Shown: positions 10,097 through 20,367 of the stretch, one piece after another | Numbering within the stretch: position 1 is the first letter of the stretch | Layout of the letters: each line of letters begins with the position of its first letter | Source of the DNA: a virus | Strand: one strand, 5' to 3' | Virus record (IMG/VR): IMGVR_UViG_3300042905_003904 | Coordinates: 32,001-96,000 of that record | Length of the DNA: 64,000 nt | Translations under genes and position numbers: made by a program | Notes under the pieces: generated by a model | Told to the model about the DNA's origin: nothing | The model's database searches: none | Seen by the model: the letters and a program-made list of their open reading frames with translations, nothing else

Positions 10097-11416
10097 ATGG
10101 CATTGAAACTAAAAGATTCGCAAAATACTCTATCGGAAAATCGCGTAGTATATGAGTATCAGAATTTCAGCGGTGAGATTCCCTTTGCCCCCAATACACT
10201 ACCATCTACAGTAAATGTGCCGCGGTTAGTTGGGATGAAGCCAATCCATGTCCCCGCCGCGCCAAAAATTGTCATGCCGGAAGAAAATCTCCCGAGATCC
10301 ATTAACTACGCTGCAGATTTTGGGGGATGTGGGTTCTGGCGCATAGATGCCCCCACAGAATTACTCAATCGTCACCAACGGGCATGTATATCTACACTAA
10401 CCCAAATGGTTTTAGATCGGAATTTCTATGGGCCGCTTAAATCTGTTCGACTTCAACGACAAGCAACTTCCCAGCAGAAGGATTTCTTAAAGCATCTTCG
10501 GGAAATTAGTAAACTAAACGGAATGCGCCTCATCTATGAAATTGATGATGTAGTCTTTTCTGAGGATATTCCTGATTATAATCGTTGTAAGGAAGGGTTT
10601 ACTGATCCGGCCGTGCGGGAATGTATCCTAGACATTATGAAAGACATGGACGAAATTACCGTCACATGCCCTTACATGAAGGAATACTACCGTGAGAAGA
10701 CCGGGAATAAGAATATTACAGTGTTGCCTAACTATGCACCAAAGTCTTGGCTGGGTCGATTCTATAACAAGGAAGAAATGGTGCGGAAATTAGAACAACA
10801 GAAGAAGCGTCCTCGTATCTTATACAGTGGAAGTGGAACGCACGTAGATTTGGCGTATAAAACAGGCGGCAACGACGATTTCACCCATTGTATTTCTGAA
10901 ATTATCAAGGCCCGCAAACGATTTAAATTTGTTTGGAAGGGCTGCTACCCACTTGCTGTTAAACCGTTTATTGATTCAGGCGAAATGGAGTTTATTGAAT
11001 GGTCTATTCTTCCTAATTATGGACAGGGACTACTAGATGCTAATTGCGTGGCTAGCATGACTATGCTTACTGATAACAATTTTAATAGATGCAAGAGCGA
11101 TATTAAAATGATTGAATCTGGTGCAATAGGTATGCCAGGAGCATATCAAGATATGGTGACTTATGATCATGCCCCTATTAAATTTAAAACCGGAGCTGAA
11201 TTAATTGACCAGTTGGATTATATTGTAGCAGACGTTGACCGCTACGCCCAACTCAGTCAGCGGGCATATGATTTTACTGCATCAAAATTTTTAGATTTGC
11301 CTGAAAACTTGGACCAGTTCTATGCGATTTACTTCTCCGCTTATGGCAGCGAAGAACGCAATAAATTATCACCCAAACTTATAGAGTTAAATCCAGAACA
11401 AAAGTTTAAATCTTAA
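10097..11416 (+). CDS. GT-B fold (GT4-like) glycosyltransferase
   Basis: GGCGFWR, LIYEIDDV, DEITVT..YMKEYY, VLPNY, YSGSGTH, DNNFNRCKSDIKMIESGA. Confidence 0.8.
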   Translation: MALKLKDSQNTLSENRVVYEYQNFSGEIPFAPNTLPSTVNVPRLVGMKPIHVPAAPKIVMPEENLPRSINYAADFGGCGFWRIDAPTELLNRHQRACISTLTQMVLDRNFYGPLKSVRLQRQATSQQKDFLKHLREISKLNGMRLIYEIDDVVFSEDIPDYNRCKEGFTDPAVRECILDIMKDMDEITVTCPYMKEYYREKTGNKNITVLPNYAPKSWLGRFYNKEEMVRKLEQQKKRPRILYSGSGTHVDLAYKTGGNDDFTHCISEIIKARKRFKFVWKGCYPLAVKPFIDSGEMEFIEWSILPNYGQGLLDANCVASMTMLTDNNFNRCKSDIKMIESGAIGMPGAYQDMVTYDHAPIKFKTGAELIDQLDYIVADVDRYAQLSQRAYDFTASKFLDLPENLDQFYAIYFSAYGSEERNKLSPKLIELNPEQKFKS

Positions 11417-12320
11417 AACAATCTACTAATTGTAATCCTTTAAGTGGCCCTGAAGAAATTGGTATTTGAGATTTGAGTGTGCGCTGCAGCAAGCCAACTC
11501 GATGTTTGGGTAAACCAATATCCGCCATTACATCCCGAAGACTGCCATAATAGTATATAGTTTCATTGGCAATGGTATCTTGAATGTGCCAAAGTTTAAA
11601 CATTGAGGATTTAAACTTTTGAACTACAGATGGATGATGATGTTTGCCCAATATCCAACTAGGTTTTCCATATAAATGACTATTTTTCCCTTGAATTTGT
11701 GGTCTTGGACCTTTCATTTTTTCTATGGTCTCTAGTGAAAGTTTTTTGCCGTAATTTGGATTATTAATACCACTATTAGCTTTGCTAATTTTTTCGTTAC
11801 GTATGCGAGCTACTTCTGGGTCTATTTTTTTGTTTTTTGCCGCAATAGAAAACTTTAAACATGTTTCTGGGCTTCTTTTTTGGCCTTTATTGGCTTTAGA
11901 TAACTTTAGTTTTGTTTCTATTGAATGATGTTTACCCGTCCATGCTCCTACTTTACCATAATTTGGATTCCCCTCTCCTTTAAATTTTTCGGAACACAAT
12001 TTTTTATAATCCCGACGAAGATAAGCATATGTTTTGGAATTTATTTTTATATTACTCACACAAGACATTAAAAAGGATGCTCGAATCATATTGTTTTTAT
12101 CTTCCCCATTTGTCATCCGCACTAATAGTAGATGGCAAATAAAATGTTCTCTAGCTGTTAGGTTAACTAAATTAGCACCAAGGCTACCACCCATACTTTT
12201 GGGTAGAATATGATGCTTTTCAAAATAAGCGGGTTCAATTATTGGATTTAGGATGCGGTGGTTGATTATATTAAAATACCATTTTGTATATTTAGAATCA
12301 TTAAATTGTGAATAAATCAT
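11406..12320 (-). mobile_element. Free-standing HNH homing endonuclease (MobE-like) with NUMOD3 repeats; probable start 12320
   Basis: EKHHILPKSMGGS..NLVNLTAREHFICHLLL; repeated GKHHSIETKLKLS / GKKLSLETIEKM; own TAAGTA at 12326-12331, 5 nt before ATG. Confidence 0.88.
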
Positions 12321-12401
12321 GAAACTACTTATCCGAGTATTAGGCCTTTTACTTTTATATTTTCTTGAATTCCTCTTAAATTCATCAGAAGATAGTATCT
12401 G

Positions 12402-12596
12402 ATGAAAGCACCTTCTCTTTATACTTTTGATGATCTCCGCCAATTAGTAAATGGCGAAATTGGTAAGATTGAATATAAAGGTAAATGGATACCAGCAAGG
12501 CCTGTAGGGTTCTTTTCCTGGAGATACCGATTATCTTTAGCTTGGGGTGTGTTTACTGGGAAATTAGATGCCTTAAAATGGCCCGGAGGGCAATAG
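12402..12596 (+). CDS. Hypothetical protein
   Basis: 64 aa; WIPARP..YRLSLAWGVFTGKLDALKW resembles small conserved phage proteins. Confidence 0.6.
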   Translation: MKAPSLYTFDDLRQLVNGEIGKIEYKGKWIPARPVGFFSWRYRLSLAWGVFTGKLDALKWPGGQ

Positions 12597-12597
12597 A

Positions 12598-12939
12598 ATG
12601 AAACATATAATTCGACAAATTGGGGATAAGAGTTTCCGGGAATATGCTTTTGATGAGAATGAAAATGGTTATTATTTGATGAGGCGCCTAGGGCTCTTTA
12701 AAAATAAGGGTTACTGCAACAATAAACCAGATTATAAGGGTTCTTGGATTCCGTGCTATATTGGGATGGAAGGACCAGATCATGGTTTAAGACCATATGC
12801 CCACATTAAAAATTTAGAATGGGGTGAAATGTCTGATGAAAGTTTAGATTGTTCTATTTGTGAATTTTTAGGACCTATTAATAAAGAGTTAGACGCAATA
12901 GGTGGTTTGGTGGATAATTTTGCAACATACAAATACTAA
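12598..12939 (+). CDS. Hypothetical protein
   Basis: 113 aa ORF coupled to the polymerase start (TAATG). Confidence 0.55.
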   Translation: MKHIIRQIGDKSFREYAFDENENGYYLMRRLGLFKNKGYCNNKPDYKGSWIPCYIGMEGPDHGLRPYAHIKNLEWGEMSDESLDCSICEFLGPINKELDAIGGLVDNFATYKY

Positions 12940-15518
12940 TGCAAAGCTGGCGCAATATTTTCTATTCATCCCGGGAGAATAAAGTAATTTTATGGACCTG
13001 GAATGACGAAGGCAAACGAATCAAAGTAGAAACCTCTTATGAGCCATATCTCTACATTGAATCGAAGAATCATCAGGATGCTGTTAGCATTTTCAACACT
13101 TCGCTGAAGAAACTGACGTTTAAGAATCAATTTGAACGCAGCAAATTCGCTAACGAAACGCCCATCCACAGGCTTTTCCACAACATTGGCTGCGAACAGC
13201 AGTTCTTGCTGCAAATGTATAAGGACGAAAACCAAAAACCGGATTTCGCCCAGTTTCCTTTGAAGATATTTCATCTGGATATTGAAACCTACAACGGCGA
13301 TGGTCGAGGATTTTCTACCCCAGAAGAAGCTTTTGCTCCCATCAACCTAATCACCATCTATGATACTCTTTCCGAAACGTATCATACTTGGGGGTTAGGA
13401 GAATATACTTCTAAAAAGGATAATGAAAAATACTACTTCTGTAAATCGGAGCAAGTTCTTTTACAGAAGTTTCTAGCCTTTTGGGAAGCAGACTTTCCAG
13501 ATATTGTGGCTGGGTGGAATATTATGGGATATGATATTCCCTATTTGATTAATCGGATCACCAATCTATTTGGAAAAGAAGAAGCTTCCAGACTATCCCC
13601 AGTCGGGACTTTATATTTTCGAGAGAATGTTGGTAGGGATAAGTTTGGTAAGGTCATTAATAAGTGGCACATTCGAGGATTGTCTTTAATTGATTCCATG
13701 GAAGTCTATATTACCTTCGCTCGTGGTAGCAGAGAATCCTATTCCTTGGGATATATTGGGGAATATGAATTAGGAGAAAGTAAAACCAATACCAATGGAA
13801 TGAATTTGGCTAAGCTTTCTCAGGAGAATTGGCCGTTGTTTGTAGAGTATAACATTCAAGACGTAAAACTTCTGGTGAATCTGGAGGAGAAATTGAAATT
13901 TCTGCGATTGGTAAGAACTCTTTCTTATCGCGGTTTCATTACTTTCGAAAGCGCCTTAGGAAAAGTCTCGATGATTACAGGGGCTGTGGCTAATCAGGCT
14001 ATGAAAATGGGATTTGTAATCCCAACCTTTAAGAATTTGGCTGATCGGATTGCTTATGAAGGAGGTTATGTGCATGAACCAGAGCGAGGATTGCATAATG
14101 GAGTGATTAGTTATGATGCTAATAGTTTGTATCCAAATACCATCATTACTCTTAACATTTCTCCTGAGACCAAAATTGGTAGAATAACCAATCGAACAGA
14201 AACGGATGTTACTATCCTGTTAGCTAACTATAAATCCGTAACTTTATCCCAAGAAAAGTATCAAAAGTTGGTTAAACAGGAAAAGTTATCCATTTCCAAG
14301 TATGATGTTTTATATACCCAGAAGTTTAAAGGGGTTATTCCTGAACTGATCGATAAATTTTACCAAGAGCGCGTTTCTTCTCGCAAAGAAATGAATGCCT
14401 GTAAGAAAAAGGTAAAGAAGGAGACGGACCCAGCTCTACAAGCAAAGTTAAACCAAAGAATTCTGGACTTGGATACCATTCAGAACACCATGAAATTGCT
14501 CCTAAATTCATTATACGGTGTCTTTGCACAGAAATTTTCCCCCCTCTTCGACATTGATCATTCTGGAAGCATTACCCTGACAGGCCAGCACACTATTAAG
14601 CAGGCAGCTGATATTGCTTATGGTTATGCTCAACATCGGGGATTTAAAGGAACTAAAAATCAGATTTATCTCTATTCGGACACCGATTCTATTTTCGTAG
14701 CAGCCGAACCCCTTATTAATGTTAAGGGATCTTTGGTGGAAGCGGACGGAGAATTAAATACCTTGGTTAAAAGTAGTGTGCAAGGTTTTGATGATTACCT
14801 AAATGAAGAAATTAAGAGATGGGCGCAGAAAGAACTGAATTCTGCTGATCCACGTTTAGTATTCAAACGGGAAGCTGTTTGTGACAAAGCCGTTTTCATG
14901 GAAAAGAAGCGGTATATTCTTCATGTCATCAACCAAGAAGATGTTCCGAGTAACTATTTCAAGTATGTTGGCGTAGAAATTGCTCGGTCTACTATGTCTA
15001 AGGAAGTAAAAGAGCTGGTAAAGGCTGTTCTAGAGAATGCTATTTTGAATGGAGATCGGAAAACCGCTAATGCTATATACCAAAAGGCCTATGCTGACTA
15101 TCAGAATCTCCCCATTGAAGCCCAGGCATTCCGAAGTAAGATTTCAGACTTGGAAAAGCAGGAATTGAAGCGAGGGGAACATGGAGAGATTGGTAAACAT
15201 ACCCCCAGCCATGCTAAGTCGGCTATTTATTATAATGATTTCCTGAAGAAACTTCAAATTGACACCAAATATCCGGCTATTGGATCTGGAATAAAAATGA
15301 AGTGGTTCTACGCCGCAAAGAATCCTTATAATTTGAAGAATATGGGATTCATCGATGTATATCCTCCAGAAGTAGCCGCTCATGTGCAGCCAGACATGCA
15401 GAAGATGTTTGATAAGAGTGTAGCTCCACCTATTACTCGGTTGTATGAATGTATTAACTGGCAAATCACCCAGCCAGGTCATGAAACCACCGTTGACTTG
15501 TTTGAATTATTCGCTTAA
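12939..15518 (+). CDS. gp43: Family B DNA polymerase (T4 gp43-like)
   Basis: ExoI LDIET, ExoII GWNIMGYDIPY, ExoIII YNIQD, YDANSLYP, KLLLNSLYG, YSDTDS, KKRY; no intein or intron. Confidence 0.97.
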   Translation: MQSWRNIFYSSRENKVILWTWNDEGKRIKVETSYEPYLYIESKNHQDAVSIFNTSLKKLTFKNQFERSKFANETPIHRLFHNIGCEQQFLLQMYKDENQKPDFAQFPLKIFHLDIETYNGDGRGFSTPEEAFAPINLITIYDTLSETYHTWGLGEYTSKKDNEKYYFCKSEQVLLQKFLAFWEADFPDIVAGWNIMGYDIPYLINRITNLFGKEEASRLSPVGTLYFRENVGRDKFGKVINKWHIRGLSLIDSMEVYITFARGSRESYSLGYIGEYELGESKTNTNGMNLAKLSQENWPLFVEYNIQDVKLLVNLEEKLKFLRLVRTLSYRGFITFESALGKVSMITGAVANQAMKMGFVIPTFKNLADRIAYEGGYVHEPERGLHNGVISYDANSLYPNTIITLNISPETKIGRITNRTETDVTILLANYKSVTLSQEKYQKLVKQEKLSISKYDVLYTQKFKGVIPELIDKFYQERVSSRKEMNACKKKVKKETDPALQAKLNQRILDLDTIQNTMKLLLNSLYGVFAQKFSPLFDIDHSGSITLTGQHTIKQAADIAYGYAQHRGFKGTKNQIYLYSDTDSIFVAAEPLINVKGSLVEADGELNTLVKSSVQGFDDYLNEEIKRWAQKELNSADPRLVFKREAVCDKAVFMEKKRYILHVINQEDVPSNYFKYVGVEIARSTMSKEVKELVKAVLENAILNGDRKTANAIYQKAYADYQNLPIEAQAFRSKISDLEKQELKRGEHGEIGKHTPSHAKSAIYYNDFLKKLQIDTKYPAIGSGIKMKWFYAAKNPYNLKNMGFIDVYPPEVAAHVQPDMQKMFDKSVAPPITRLYECINWQITQPGHETTVDLFELFA

Positions 15519-15519
15519 A

Positions 15520-15735
15520 ATGCTTTGTCAATCTACATACAACGGAGAATGGTTTACAGTAACTATAGACAGATCAACTATGGAACGAGGGTATGTTTTA
15601 AAAACTCGTAACCCCAACGGAGAGTTTATCAGTCACAATACTCCATTGAAGCGAAAGGAGTTTATTGACAAATTTGGTTTCTCTCCAGAATACCCTCACT
15701 TGATTTATTTTGAATTCCCAGAAAAATCAAATTAA
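15520..15735 (+). CDS. Hypothetical protein (probable start 15520)
   Basis: ATG two nt after the polymerase stop; 71 aa. Confidence 0.5.
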   Translation: MLCQSTYNGEWFTVTIDRSTMERGYVLKTRNPNGEFISHNTPLKRKEFIDKFGFSPEYPHLIYFEFPEKSN

Positions 15736-15738
15736 ATT
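15710..15738 (+). promoter_or_regulatory. sigma70-like promoter, near-leaderless
   Basis: TTGAAT-17nt-TAAATT, 5 nt before ATG 15744. Confidence 0.5.
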
Positions 15739-15743
15739 CGTTT

Positions 15744-16628
15744 ATGACTAAACCAATCCAAATCGCCCATGAGGCCCCCATCTCTTTGATGTCCCTAGTT
15801 CGAGAATTAACGGATTATGACTATGCGCTGGTGCATCTCCTGGATCAAGATCCAAACTATGTCGAATACTTCAAGCAATCTAAGGCTATGGGCCGAAAGA
15901 TCATCATGGACTGCAGTGTTTATGAGCTAGGACACTCCTATGATTGGGAGAAATATGATTATTGGATTCGAACGATCCAACCAGATGAGTATGTTGTGCC
16001 AGATATATTCATGAAGATGGAAGAGAATCATAATGAATTTGACAAATGGAATACTAGTTTTGGTTATAATATTAAAGAAGACGGAATAAACACTAAAACT
16101 ATTGGAGTGGTTCAAGGAAATACCTTAGAAGAATTTGAAATGGGATATAAATTTATGGCTGCTCATGCAGATAAGATTGCCATCAGTTTTGGTTATGGAT
16201 ATTTCTGGGATGAATATCTAAACAACAACTATGTAAATGAATTTATAGAAAATGGGCTTAGTGCTACTAAAACTAAATTTAAACCCCTGGCATATCATGA
16301 TGGTCGACGCAAACTATTAAAACATTTCATAGACCGGGGAATTATCAATTACAACAAACCGCATCATTTGTTGGGTTGTGGTTTGCCGGATGAATTTCGG
16401 CTATATGCAGACGAAGATGAATATTCTTTTATTGAATCTATTGATACTACTCATCCAGTCATGACGGCTATGAATGCTACTTTATATCCCTATGGAATGG
16501 ATAGAAAATCTGATAAGAAAATGGTGGATCTTTATGACCAACAGTTCCATGAAGAAGTAAAGGATACGGTTATTAAGAATGTGAACTATTTCCGAGAAGA
16601 AATTTGTGGATATTCCAAGCTAAACTAG
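15744..16628 (+). CDS. TGT/DpdA-like TIM-barrel transglycosylase (7-deazaguanine insertion candidate)
   Basis: KIIMDCSVYELG (cf. TGT DSG), PDEYVVPD, IGVVQG, HHLLG, SIDT motifs; queE, queD and folE2 in the same module. Confidence 0.65.
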   Translation: MTKPIQIAHEAPISLMSLVRELTDYDYALVHLLDQDPNYVEYFKQSKAMGRKIIMDCSVYELGHSYDWEKYDYWIRTIQPDEYVVPDIFMKMEENHNEFDKWNTSFGYNIKEDGINTKTIGVVQGNTLEEFEMGYKFMAAHADKIAISFGYGYFWDEYLNNNYVNEFIENGLSATKTKFKPLAYHDGRRKLLKHFIDRGIINYNKPHHLLGCGLPDEFRLYADEDEYSFIESIDTTHPVMTAMNATLYPYGMDRKSDKKMVDLYDQQFHEEVKDTVIKNVNYFREEICGYSKLN

Positions 16629-16641
16629 AGATACTTCCAAT

Positions 16642-17859
16642 ATGTATCAAGTAATCGACGGAATTCCTGTTTGGGGTGAACCAATCCCAAATGCTATTAA
16701 GCAACTTTCTGTTTGTGTTAATAAAGCTAAAGATATGGGTGTTTTTGTTGGAGCGGCATTAACCGCGGACCACCACCCGGGATATTCTTGCCCTATTGGG
16801 GGAGTCTTAGCTTTAAGAGGAGCTATTTCTCCTTCTGTTACAGGATTCGATCAAGCGTGTGGCAATAAAGCAGTATTGACTGATGCAAAACTTTCTGATA
16901 TAAGAGACAATATATCAACTATCATGGATGATATATTTAAAAACATCTCCTTTGGCATAGGTAGAAAAAATAATGACGGAATAGACCATTCAGTATTCGA
17001 TAATCCTTCATGGAACATACCTGTTTGTGCAGAGTTAAAGGAAATGGCTAGAGAACAGTTGACCACGGTGGGGTCTGGTAATCACTATGTTGATATCTTT
17101 CATGATGAGTTGGAAAGAATTTGGATAGGCGTTCACTTTGGGTCTAGGGGATTGGGTCATAAACTAGCTACCCACTTCATTAAAGCTGGTGGCGGCAAGG
17201 ATGGTATTGACGTCGAACCGGTAATTTTGGAAGAAGGAACCGATTTAGGCCGACAATATATTGACGGTATGGCGCTTTGCGGGGAATATGCTTATGCTGG
17301 AAGAGATTTGGTTTGTTCTAAAGTAGCAAATATCTTGGGGGCAAACATTTTAGAAGAAGTTCACAATCATCACAATTTCGCCTGGGAGGAATGGCATCCA
17401 GAATTTACTAAAAACGATGACTATGTTTGGGTCGGACGCAAGGGCGCTACTCCTGCTTTCCCTGGTCAAAGGGGATTTGTCGGTGGAACCATGGGAGAAA
17501 ACTCTGTCATTTTAGAAGGAGTAGATTCTGCAGAATCTAAATTGTCTTTATATTCCACAGTTCATGGAGCAGGACGAGTAATGTCTCGAACGGCTGCTGC
17601 TGGCAAATCTAAATGGAAAAATGGCGTTAAGACCAGAGTTTCTGAAGGTCTAGTTTCCCAGGAAATGATGAATGATTGGGTGAAAACTAAGGCTAAAGTA
17701 GAATTACGCGGAGCCGGAGTGGATGAATCTCCACATTGCTATAAGCGTCTGGACGAAGTTCTGGATGCCCACAAAGAAACCATTAAGATTCTACATACTC
17801 TTACTCCAATTGGAGTGGCTATGTGCCCTGATGGAGTTATAGATCCATTTAAAGATTAA
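16642..17859 (+). CDS. rtcB: RtcB RNA ligase
   Basis: DHHPGY..PIGGV, GFDQACG, GSGNHY, HFGSRGLG, HNHHNF, RKGATPA, HGAGR, DESP..YK. Confidence 0.95.
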   Translation: MYQVIDGIPVWGEPIPNAIKQLSVCVNKAKDMGVFVGAALTADHHPGYSCPIGGVLALRGAISPSVTGFDQACGNKAVLTDAKLSDIRDNISTIMDDIFKNISFGIGRKNNDGIDHSVFDNPSWNIPVCAELKEMAREQLTTVGSGNHYVDIFHDELERIWIGVHFGSRGLGHKLATHFIKAGGGKDGIDVEPVILEEGTDLGRQYIDGMALCGEYAYAGRDLVCSKVANILGANILEEVHNHHNFAWEEWHPEFTKNDDYVWVGRKGATPAFPGQRGFVGGTMGENSVILEGVDSAESKLSLYSTVHGAGRVMSRTAAAGKSKWKNGVKTRVSEGLVSQEMMNDWVKTKAKVELRGAGVDESPHCYKRLDEVLDAHKETIKILHTLTPIGVAMCPDGVIDPFKD

Positions 17860-17866
17860 TATCCAC

Positions 17867-17894
17867 TTGAAATTCCCAAAAACTAACTTAAAAT
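17867..17894 (+). promoter_or_regulatory. sigma70-like promoter
   Basis: TTGAAA-16nt-TAAAAT upstream of ATG 17907. Confidence 0.5.
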
Positions 17895-17906
17895 TATAAC
17901 TAATCT

Positions 17907-18332
17907 ATGAGCGACACAAACACACCCACTAATCCAAACCCAGTTATCATCTTTCTCGACGCCGTTGGCCGAACTATTATAGGACAATTAGTTTCAGAAG
18001 ACGAAACTATTTTAAAGGTTAAGAACCCAGCTATCCTACATGTCGTAGCCACTGCTCCGTCCCAGCAGAATCCTCAAGGGGGTATGCAGGTGCAGACCAT
18101 CCCAGTCTTCTTCCAAGAATTTGCAGGAGATAAGACCGCAGATGTGGTCCTGTCCTATCCCAAGGTTAATCTGGTCCGCACAGACGTGCCTGTATTGGAT
18201 TACCGTTTGGAGCAACAGTATAGAAATATCTTCAACAAGGATAACATTATTGTTCCGCCAGGAACAGCCAACGGCATTGTTGCACCAGGACAGACTGAAA
18301 AGTCCAATATCATCAAGTTGTTTGGTAACTAA
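17907..18332 (+). CDS. Hypothetical protein, possibly Sm-like beta-barrel
   Basis: G.TIIGQLV.E.E..LKVKNP beta-strand pattern; upstream of uvsX. Confidence 0.6.
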   Translation: MSDTNTPTNPNPVIIFLDAVGRTIIGQLVSEDETILKVKNPAILHVVATAPSQQNPQGGMQVQTIPVFFQEFAGDKTADVVLSYPKVNLVRTDVPVLDYRLEQQYRNIFNKDNIIVPPGTANGIVAPGQTEKSNIIKLFGN

Positions 18333-18338
18333 TCCATT

Positions 18339-19490
18339 ATGGCTAAAAAATCAAAAGAAGGATTTGGAGCAGAGATAGATAACATCTTTGCCGACATTGA
18401 TAAGATCAACCCAGAAGCAGCATTTCTAAATAACAGCACTCTTTCCAAAGTAGATAGTTGGATTGATACGGGTTGTTATGCTCTGAATGTAATTTGCAGT
18501 GGTTCTTTGTATAAAGGAGTTCCGTCTGGCCGTATTACTGGATTTGTTGGACCCTCTGCTACTGGTAAATCGTTCATCATTAACAAGATTATTGGCAATG
18601 CCCAAAAGAAAGGGCGGTTTGCTGTAGGATTTGACACCGAAGTGGCTATCGATGAAGGATCGGTGATTAATGTTGGAGGAGATCCTACTCGGTTTAAGCA
18701 CGTTCCTATTGAAACGATTGGGGAAGCCCGAAACCAAATGAATAGGTTTCTAACTAATGTAAACAATGCAGGGCAAAGGAGCAAATTCATTATGTCCATT
18801 GATTCTTTGGGCAATTTGATTTCTACCAAGGAAAAGGCAGACATTCTAGCTGGTAAGGATGCCATGGACATGGGTGCTCGCGCCCGAGAAATGAAAAGTT
18901 TCATTCGATCCATCACCTATCCAGTAGCACGGGCTGATATTCCAGTGTTATTCTCTAACCATGTGTATGATGATCCATCTGCTATGTTTGATTCTATGGT
19001 AAAGAATCAGTCTGGTGGAAAAGCTATCCAGTATCTGGCCTCCTTAGCTGTTCAATTATCAGTGACCCAAGAAAAATCTGGAGCTACTGGTTCTAATGTA
19101 AACCGGGACGCCACAGAAGATGTTAGTCCCATTGCTCGAAAGGGAGTTAATGGAGTTACTATTCGAGCACTAACGATTAAGAATCGCTTTGCGCCACCCT
19201 TTTTGGAAGCAGAACTATATCTGAACTTCACCACAGGCCTGGAAAAGTATTCTGGTCTATTAGATATGGCTGTTGGCTACGGAGCTATTATCCAAACAGG
19301 AACGACCTATACTCTGTTGGATGGGAAAAAACTAGGATTCTATAAGCAATGGAGAAGTGATGAAACCTTGTGGGAAGAAACTATTCTTCCTGAATTGGAG
19401 AAACAATTACAAGCGAAACTAAAATTCAACAATGCGACCGAACCAGAAGAAATTGAAACCGATGAGGAGGAAACTACCGATGAAGTATAA
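18339..19490 (+). CDS. uvsX: RecA/UvsX recombinase
   Basis: IDTG..ALN..SG...GVPSGRIT, Walker A GPSATGKS, DTE, IDSLGNL, SGGKA, KNRF. Confidence 0.95.
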   Translation: MAKKSKEGFGAEIDNIFADIDKINPEAAFLNNSTLSKVDSWIDTGCYALNVICSGSLYKGVPSGRITGFVGPSATGKSFIINKIIGNAQKKGRFAVGFDTEVAIDEGSVINVGGDPTRFKHVPIETIGEARNQMNRFLTNVNNAGQRSKFIMSIDSLGNLISTKEKADILAGKDAMDMGARAREMKSFIRSITYPVARADIPVLFSNHVYDDPSAMFDSMVKNQSGGKAIQYLASLAVQLSVTQEKSGATGSNVNRDATEDVSPIARKGVNGVTIRALTIKNRFAPPFLEAELYLNFTTGLEKYSGLLDMAVGYGAIIQTGTTYTLLDGKKLGFYKQWRSDETLWEETILPELEKQLQAKLKFNNATEPEEIETDEEETTDEV

Positions 19491-20130
19491 TGATCCACTA
19501 AAAGATTCTTGGGACAAATTAATGTCCACCACAGACATTTATGTTAATTATCAAGTGCTAAAGGAATCTCATCAAACACTAAAAGAATCTTATGAGATCC
19601 TAGAAAAATATAATAAAAATCAGCGAGAAACTATTATCAAATTACAAAAGGATTCAAAGGATTTATATGACGTCCGCAGACAAAACAAAAATCTTTCAGC
19701 GGACATTACACGTTTGGATCAGGATTTAAAGAACGCTGATGAAGAATTTGGTATTTTAGAAGATGCATATGATGATTTGGCTGATAAACTAGCACAATCC
19801 ACCAGAGAAATTGATAGGAAAGAATCCCTTATCAAGGATTATCAGAGCCAGCTAAAAACGATAAGCAAATCCTTCGATGCACATCGACTAAATGCCGACA
19901 GGCTTGAAAATGAAAATCATCGACTGATAGGTGCATTAGACAGAGCAGACCAGGCGAACATCAATTTGAAAGATCAATTGGCAAAATTGGAGGCTAACCA
20001 ACCCCATCCAGGAGATGTTAAGATGGGTGCTATTATTAAGAGGGCTTATCAGGAGCTACAAGCCGCCGAATTAGAAAAGAATCTTTGCAGGCCGCAAGAT
20101 TATGAATTAAAGAAAACTGTTTGGAAGTAA
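19480..20130 (+). CDS. Coiled-coil hypothetical protein (probable start 19480)
   Basis: Heptad-rich sequence; ATG overlaps the uvsX end. Confidence 0.6.
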   Translation: MKYNDPLKDSWDKLMSTTDIYVNYQVLKESHQTLKESYEILEKYNKNQRETIIKLQKDSKDLYDVRRQNKNLSADITRLDQDLKNADEEFGILEDAYDDLADKLAQSTREIDRKESLIKDYQSQLKTISKSFDAHRLNADRLENENHRLIGALDRADQANINLKDQLAKLEANQPHPGDVKMGAIIKRAYQELQAAELEKNLCRPQDYELKKTVWK

Positions 20131-20131
20131 T

Positions 20132-20332
20132 ATGACCTTTACCATTTTACCAGAAGAACTGGAAAAACTAGATGCTTGGATGAAGACCAAAAACTTAAAC
20201 AAGTATGGCGGTGCGATGGGTGGTAGGTTTACCTACAGTTTCACCCCAACTTCGATAGGAATGGCTATTCAAGTTACTGATGCTATGGAACAAAAAGACA
20301 CTATAGACATTTCAGATTATGAAGGATGGTAA
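20132..20332 (+). CDS. Hypothetical protein
   Basis: GGAMGGRFTYSFTPTSIG..IDISDYEGW resembles a widespread small phage protein. Confidence 0.65.
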   Translation: MTFTILPEELEKLDAWMKTKNLNKYGGAMGGRFTYSFTPTSIGMAIQVTDAMEQKDTIDISDYEGW

Positions 20333-20333
20333 C

Positions 20334-20361
20334 TAGAAATCCCAGAAAGATATATTAGAAT
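20334..20361 (+). promoter_or_regulatory. sigma70-like promoter, leaderless
   Basis: TAGAAA-16nt-TAGAAT, 6 nt before ATG 20368. Confidence 0.55.
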
Positions 20362-20367
20362 ACTAAC

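Noticed and set aside
12321-12443. N-terminal extension of the HNH ORF, and similar extensions at 8848, 23995, 44338, 48698, 51442, 56360
   Set aside because: They overlap neighbouring genes or promoters; downstream ATGs fit promoter spacing and motif starts better
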